From Acanthaster planci (lineage: Eukaryota): a DNA stretch of 64,000 bases. Within the stretch, counting starts at the first letter, position 1, and each line of letters opens with the position of its first letter. Positions 58,669-64,000 of the stretch are shown here, one piece after another. The stretch lies in NCBI RefSeq assembly GCF_001949145.1, contig NW_019091356.1, positions 2,302,932 to 2,366,931 of the forward strand, written 5' to 3'. Position numbers and translations under genes: made by a program. The notes beneath the pieces were generated by a model. The model ran no database searches and was not told where the DNA came from. It saw only the letters and a program-made list of their open reading frames with translations.

Positions 58669-61654
58669 TTTTGGCCGTCCCGCTGTTCATTGAGTTGGAC
58701 AAACCTTTAATCTTCAGCCTGATGCCGCTCGAGGTAGTCAGGATGGACGAATGAGGCTGCGTGTCCTCGGCCTCCTCAGTAGCACTGGCCTGGGGCTGGA
58801 CTGAGCTTTGCAAGCCCTCTGCCTCTGCACGGGACCTCTTCCTGTGGTCTGAGGAATGGCGATGTTTGTGAGGTGAGTCTCTCGACCTGTGAGCCTCACT
58901 TCGCTTCTTTCTGTGGTGGCTTTCCTTTTCCCTGTAACTCTTAGGGAGACAGCTCTCATCTCTTTCCCGTTTCCGTTCCCTGGGTTCAGAGGTGTGGGCT
59001 GGGGGCACAGTGGGCTTCAGGTCCAAAATTGGAGGAGGCTCATGACACTGGTATTTGGATTGCTCTGCCATGTGTGCATTAATCAGTTTATCAATGTCAG
59101 CATCGACAGACTCACTGTCAGCCATTTCATCAGATACTCCAGGTTTTAGTACTTCGAGAGGCTTTGCAGGTTCCCACACAACATTTAGCAAGGAAGCTTT
59201 GCCAGGATCGACTTTGGCTTTGGGTGCTTCGACAATCTTTGGTGGCTTGGGCACTTGTTCAGCTGCAACACCAGGTGACCCCCGAGACCTTGGAGTTGTT
59301 GATTTCTGAGATTTTGGTGTTTGCGGCTTGGACTGCTGGTCTGTCTTTTGGGGAGTCACTGTTTCTGCCTTTTGGGGTTTGGCTTTCTCGGGACTCTCTG
59401 AGGTAATTGTCCCTGGCTTTGATTTGGCCACTGTAACTTTCTCAGATGAGTGTGCAATGGGCTTGGCTGGCACAGGCGCTTCTGGTTTTGAAGCCGGAGG
59501 CATCGGGGGCTTTCTGTGGGTTGCTGGCTTTGGTGGCGCAACTACATCCGGGGTTTCCAGCTTGACACAGACCTGGCCTTGCACAGTTGGAATGGAAATC
59601 TTCTGGGACTTGGCCAACAGCTTTGTTGAGGTCATGCCACTGTCCTTATCCAACAGTGATCTATCCTGATTAACCTGAGGGATTTGTGACTTTGGTGTTG
59701 AAAGTCTTTGTGTTTGTCCCTGTCCTTGTTTAATGCTCTGCTTTTTTAGTGTTTCTGGTCTAAGAGGCTGGGACAGTGGTATCACCTTTTGTGCCCTTGT
59801 AACATCCGATTTTTCTGCCCCTGTTTGCAATGCTGGAGTCCCCGGCTCAGTCTTTACTGCCCTTAGCTGTTGAGGCTTCTGAGCGTGATGTACTTCTGCC
59901 TCCTTACTTCTCGACATGTCAGAAGTTAGCTGTTTCACATTCTCCACTTTCTGTGTAACAGTGTGAGTCTCAGTTCGTGGTAACCTTGACTCTTCGGTTT
60001 TATGGGACTTGGATAGCAGATCAGATTTAAGCGATTTAGGAGCCTCAGTCTTAGAGACCCCAGCACTCTTTGTACCAGACACTTCCTTTTTACTCAACAT
60101 TACAGTGTCAGATCTATGCAAAAACATGCCCTCGGTCTTTACCACCTCTGACGGCTCATGTTTAACAGACACCGATGCCACTCTTCTGTCAACCTTGGCC
60201 AATTCTGGTTGTTGTATCAACACTCGTTCGGGTCTCTGGGGTTTTGGAAGCTCCTGGTCAATTGGCTGTGGCAGTTCTGCTCTCTGAGTCTCCACGGCTG
60301 ATCGCTGCTCTTTCTTGACATCAACAGGGACCAGGGGTGGAATAGCTGGCTGTGTCCTCTCCTTCTCAGCTGGGGTGCCTTTGGGAGTCTCTGATCTCTG
60401 TGGTTTAAGCGATTGAGACTTCGGAATTCGAAGTGTCTCGGCCGATGGTGTCCTGTGCTTCTCAGATTTCACATTTCCTTGGTTTTCGGGCCGCTGAGAT
60501 CTGTACATTTCAGATTTCGACAGTCTTAGCATCTCTGCATGGGCCTTGCCTGGTAGATCTGAGGTTGGGAGTTTTTCCAAACTGTGTGCATTTGGAGTTT
60601 CTGTGTGATGGGGCCTTTGGGATACAGGAAGATGTGGTTTGGGTGGTGGGGCAGAACTGGGTAACCTGGTATTGTTTTCTGGCAGTCTGGGGTTAGCACC
60701 ATGATCTCTACTCTCGAAGCCATTTCTCTTGTGTTCCTTTCCCTGCACACTTGAACCCGAATGCTGCTTCCTGTCTGATGAGCCACTTGGAAGCGAGTGG
60801 CGGCTGTGTTTGTGATACTGGTCTGTGCTCTTGGAGTACCTGGAGTCTGAGACGTTAGCACCTTGGCTGGGTTGACTGCCCGGATCATGAGGCCTGTGCT
60901 GCGAATGCGGTCTTTGGTCTCTGTTTGGTCTGAGGTCTGTTGGTCTTCCAGAACTCTTGGCCTGAGAGTGGCCACCCGACTGTTCTTGGCGATCGCCAGG
61001 GGGCTTCTCTGCTCTCCTGAGATCTGGGGGCATATGTCTGTCTTCTGGCCTGTGTTTCTGACCTCCTTGACTATGGTAACCTTCCCCCCGATATCGTTGG
61101 TCAGCGTGAGGAAGGTCCGTGCCTCCCTTGGAGAAGTGGCTAGTTTGATGCGACATAGTACTTGGCCTAGAGGCAGTTTGACTGGGTCTAGGTTGAGCCA
61201 TCTCCCTACTCTGCTGCACGTTCTTCACCCGCTCGCGTTCCTTCTGCTCCCAGTACTCTTTCAAAGACTTCTTAACGGGATGCCCTAGTTGATCACCTGG
61301 CTTCCCAGGCTCGGCATCAGGCTGCGTGCTGGGCTGACCATGCCTGGGCTTGTAACCTGTGCTGCTCATGTACTCGGTATCGAGGGAGAACATGGAGGTC
61401 TCCATCATGGGCAGGCCCATGTTGACATCCTGCAAGGCCAGCCCCTCCCCCTCGCCGTGGGAGGCCTCCTGGGAGGAGAAGCTATCGCCCTGGCTCGAGG
61501 CGGGCAGATCCTGGGTGCTGATGGAGCTCTCCGAATTGCCGCTGCCTGGCAGCCCACTGTCAATGGAGGAGACCGAGGCTGCAGAGGATGGTATGTGCTT
61601 GGCAGTGCTGGCTGAGTCAATCTCGGAGGTGCCTTCCTTAGGGCGTCTCTTGGA
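58619..61654 (-). CDS. CCNT: Cyclin T large terminal exon, main frame (disordered region up to GIRLKIK)
   Basis: Acceptor cccattcag|TCC AAG AGA, phase 0, in frame with the 1024-aa ORF. Contains SLKEY...ERER and IRLKIK motifs like those in cyclin T C-termini. As assembled it ends at TGA 58621-58619. Confidence 0.85.
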   Translation of the reverse strand, partial: SKRRPKEGTSEIDSASTAKHIPSSAASVSSIDSGLPGSGNSESSISTQDLPASSQGDSFSSQEASHGEGEGLALQDVNMGLPMMETSMFSLDTEYMSSTGYKPRHGQPSTQPDAEPGKPGDQLGHPVKKSLKEYWEQKERERVKNVQQSREMAQPRPSQTASRPSTMSHQTSHFSKGGTDLPHADQRYRGEGYHSQGGQKHRPEDRHMPPDLRRAEKPPGDRQEQSGGHSQAKSSGRPTDLRPNRDQRPHSQHRPHDPGSQPSQGANVSDSRYSKSTDQYHKHSRHSLPSGSSDRKQHSGSSVQGKEHKRNGFESRDHGANPRLPENNTRLPSSAPPPKPHLPVSQRPHHTETPNAHSLEKLPTSDLPGKAHAEMLRLSKSEMYRSQRPENQGNVKSEKHRTPSAETLRIPKSQSLKPQRSETPKGTPAEKERTQPAIPPLVPVDVKKEQRSAVETQRAELPQPIDQELPKPQRPERVLIQQPELAKVDRRVASVSVKHEPSEVVKTEGMFLHRSDTVMLSKKEVSGTKSAGVSKTEAPKSLKSDLLSKSHKTEESRLPRTETHTVTQKVENVKQLTSDMSRSKEAEVHHAQKPQQLRAVKTEPGTPALQTGAEKSDVTRAQKVIPLSQPLRPETLKKQSIKQGQGQTQRLSTPKSQIPQVNQDRSLLDKDSGMTSTKLLAKSQKISIPTVQGQVCVKLETPDVVAPPKPATHRKPPMPPASKPEAPVPAKPIAHSSEKVTVAKSKPGTITSESPEKAKPQKAETVTPQKTDQQSKPQTPKSQKSTTPRSRGSPGVAAEQVPKPPKIVEAPKAKVDPGKASLLNVVWEPAKPLEVLKPGVSDEMADSESVDADIDKLINAHMAEQSKYQCHEPPPILDLKPTVPPAHTSEPRERKRERDESCLPKSYREKESHHRKKRSEAHRSRDSPHKHRHSSDHRKRSRAEAEGLQSSVQPQASATEEAEDTQPHSSILTTSSGIRLKIKGLSNSMNSGTAKKSRRPRPAGRPARRGW

Positions 61655-62569
61655 CTGAATGGGAAAAGTGCCAGAAAGGAAACTTATGTACATATCATGA
61701 TGAATTTCGTAAGGGCAGAAATGTTACACAGTGTACTGAACATTAGTAACAGGCACATAGGTGGTGCGTACGCATTGAATACCTCCAACAAATAGCATGT
61801 TGTAACGTGTGAATTAACGTGTGATGGCATCTGCATAGTTTTGTCCATGCCACACTTGTCTCGCTTACAAAATAGTGTCCTATATTCTGGCAATCATGCA
61901 TGTAAAAACAACTACAGAACTAGACCGAGAGCCTACAGTACATAGAGGGCGCTAGTAGCATGTACATACACAGTAGTTAAAAATTACAGCAAAGTAAAAA
62001 GGGAGTGTATCCTGCATGTTGTCATGCTATTATGAAATTCAGCGACAGACTTTGATAATATTAGCACAAACTTCTTCAGGAATCATGGTTTATATAGCAA
62101 GCTGATACTGCAGCTTTTGTTGTTGTTTTTTAGGGGGAGGCCACACTTGCTCACAATGTGGACCTGCTCACTTTTTGGACCCATGCTGGTTGCTATTTGG
62201 GGGCAGATTACATCAAGCCATTTTCTCATCAAAATGGTGTTTGTTCGATCCAAAGCACATGTGCGTGGACCGAATGTCCAAAGGGATATGTGAAAGTACT
62301 AAACGCAATTTGATGTTGAGGTTTTTCCTCTGGTTTTTTTGGTGCTTATGACAGGTAAACTGCAAGACTTTGTTCTTGCATTTTAACTCGGCACAGCACA
62401 CTGTATGTCTCTGGCCAAAAGCTGACAATTAAAAAGAAAAAGGGTTAGCTTTGTCCAAACACGCGTTCAGGCCTAATTTCATGCAATGAACCATCACGAC
62501 TGTAGCCCACATCCAATGAGTAATTTTTAACTAAGGGAAATGCAACTGACACAATGAGCAGACACTTAC

Positions 62570-62649
62570 TGCCACTTGTTCCTTTGAGATTCTTCGCCTC
62601 AGTCGACTTGGGCAAGCCTCAAAGATTCTCAGAAATTCCTGCGTGAGCT
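62570..62649 (-). CDS. CCNT: Cyclin T exon (end of cyclin box)
   Basis: ELTQEFLRIFEACPSRLRRRISKEQVA, matching cyclin T ELTxEFLxI.E..P.RL; acceptor ttaag|, donor GCA|gtaagt; phase 1 to 0. Confidence 0.9.
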
Positions 62650-62788
62650 CTTAAATTACACAAGCAAAGGAGGGGGGTAGGGAAGACAAAATGCCATTTT
62701 TTTTAGAAAGTCCAGAACTTTTCCAATGAAACAAGACTACTGGTAAATGCAAGGGCAAAATAACTTTTACTCATTGGTAATGGAAATA

Positions 62789-63010
62789 CAGTCAAACCTC
62801 AATACGAAGAGCACTGTTAACCCTAACCCTCCTCAGTCCTTCAACAGGTGAAGGATTGAGGAGGGTTAGGGTTAATAAAAGGTTCCTGTCATAACGAGGA
62901 CAAAGTTTAGGTCCCGAGTCTTTGTTTTTCTGTTTTCCACTCCTGATGATACAAGGTTCCTGTTAAAACAAGGTTATTTGTAAAGCTCCCTTATTAACGA
63001 GGTTCAACTG
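62789..63010. mobile_element. Tc1/mariner (pogo/Tigger-like) MITE
   Basis: TA|CAGTCAAACCTC ... GAGGTTCAACTG|TA terminal inverted repeats with TA flanks, in a cyclin T intron. Confidence 0.65.
62817..62875. mobile_element. 59-bp TTAA-flanked hairpin mini-MITE, copy 3 (opposite orientation, nested)
   Basis: Same element reversed, lying inside the TA-flanked element at 62789-63010. Confidence 0.75.
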
Positions 63011-63098
63011 TACTTCACAGTAAAGAGGTGGATTGAGACGGCCGGGGATTGTCCCATTTGGGCCGATCTGGATTGAGCAGGATCTCATCAAGACTCAC

Positions 63099-63171
63099 CA
63101 TCCAGCAGCTCTTTGGTGACGGTCGGGTCCACATACTCCCACCAGTCTTTGCCATCACTGGACCTCATGAT
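63099..63171 (-). CDS. CCNT: Cyclin T exon (second cyclin fold)
   Basis: IMRSSDGKDWWEYVDPTVTKELLD, matching the cyclin T DGKxWWEYVDxTVTxELLD signature; ttgcag| and G|gtgagt; phase 0 to 1. Upstream exons lie beyond the window. Confidence 0.92.
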
Positions 63172-63329
63172 CTGCAAAGTAAGAGACACAACGTGAATCA
63201 GGCTCTGGAATGACAGTTGGCATCAGATTGTTTCTGATCCCAGCACATCCTGAAGGAGGTAAATTTCACAGACACTGTTCCATGGGAAAATCTGCTTTGT
63301 CGGATGAGACAATCAACCAGTGTTCCAGG

Positions 63330-63468
63330 CAGTGTTGTATTCGAGTCCATCACAAGTCATTCGGTCTTAAGCCAATTTACAAGCTATTCAAATGAGCTGT
63401 GACAAAAGCATTCTTTTGTAATTGTTCACCCTGTTACTTATGACTGGCCTTGTGAAGGGAGTCGTGAT
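63330..63468. mobile_element. Same MITE family, copy 2 (inverted, right end lost)
   Basis: cagtgttgtattcgagtccatcacaagt...cttaagccaatttacaagctattcaaatgagctgtgac...ttatgactggccttgtgaaggga matches 57206-57372 in reverse. Confidence 0.7.
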
Positions 63469-63551
63469 CGTTCAGTGAAGAAAAACAGGTAGATTTCCCT
63501 TGAACCAGTGTTGAAGGGAAATCTACCTGATTTTCTTTGCTGAACGATCAC
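63464..63551. repeat. 88-bp imperfect palindrome
   Basis: GTGATCGTTCAG..AAGAAAA.CAGGTAGATTTCCCTT pairs with AAGGGAAATCTACCTG.TTTTCTT..CTGAACGATCAC. Confidence 0.8.
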
Positions 63552-64000
63552 TTGCACGAGGAATATTTTTGCTCCTATTAAACATAGTAAATTGGCTGCT
63601 ATTTATCAGGCTCTTGTGGAGTTCCATGATTCACTGACAGCATAAGCACCCTTTGTATTTACTTTCACTGAAAAGCAAGTGTCTGTGCACTTTTGAAGAA
63701 TCAATAATGTCCACCATGAGAATAATATAACTGGAGTATTTCTCAATTATGTATCAATAAACGCCTGGGAGATTAAAAATCTAGTGAAGATTTTACAAAA
63801 AGTTGGTTCTTAGGACCCTCTTTCCTTCTCCATTTCTTGTTTAGGTTTAGATTTAGATTGATCTTGCAAAATGCCGGGTCTCAATTTGGTCGAGATTTCT
63901 GCTGAATGAGTCGGGGGATTTTCTGGCCCTCTTTGACAACCAGCACCTGCCAACACCTACCTCCCACTGAGACCACTTGGCAGCCAGATAGATACAGACG

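Noticed and set aside
58145..61658. Many plus-strand and off-frame ORFs over the cyclin T exon
   Set aside because: Shadows of a long GC-rich coding exon; no independent splice or homology support.

Overview
Eukaryotic, intron-containing animal DNA, most likely a non-vertebrate bilaterian (TACATGTA-rich; the species cannot be fixed from this window). Left: the 5' part of SMAD4/Medea on the minus strand (two MH1 exons, a 30-nt NES microexon and a linker exon; the gene runs off the left edge), with what look like two duplicated alternative non-coding first exons at ~18.0 and ~18.9 kb. Right: the 3' part of cyclin T (CCNT) on the minus strand. Its ~3.6-kb last coding exon has a one-base frameshift in an A5 run just before the His-rich domain. 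Between them (~20-53 kb, plus strand) I assembled five tandem paralogues (A-E) that the ORF track shows only as fragments. Each encodes a small single-pass membrane protein with no signal peptide. They share a Cys/PxLP N-terminal exon, a phase-1 intron, a variable Thr/Pro stalk, a TM helix (LFxLL, usually with a Pro), a phase-2 intron, and a divergent disordered tail with Tyr or PDZ-type motifs. I cannot assign this family. Paralogue E resembles the vertebrate cholinesterase anchor PRiMA, and the overall layout also recalls type III TNF receptors and transmembrane adaptors. Several MITE-like elements are present, including a 59-bp TTAA-flanked hairpin in three copies, and there is a 15-N assembly gap. 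All gene models are manual splice reconstructions without transcript evidence.
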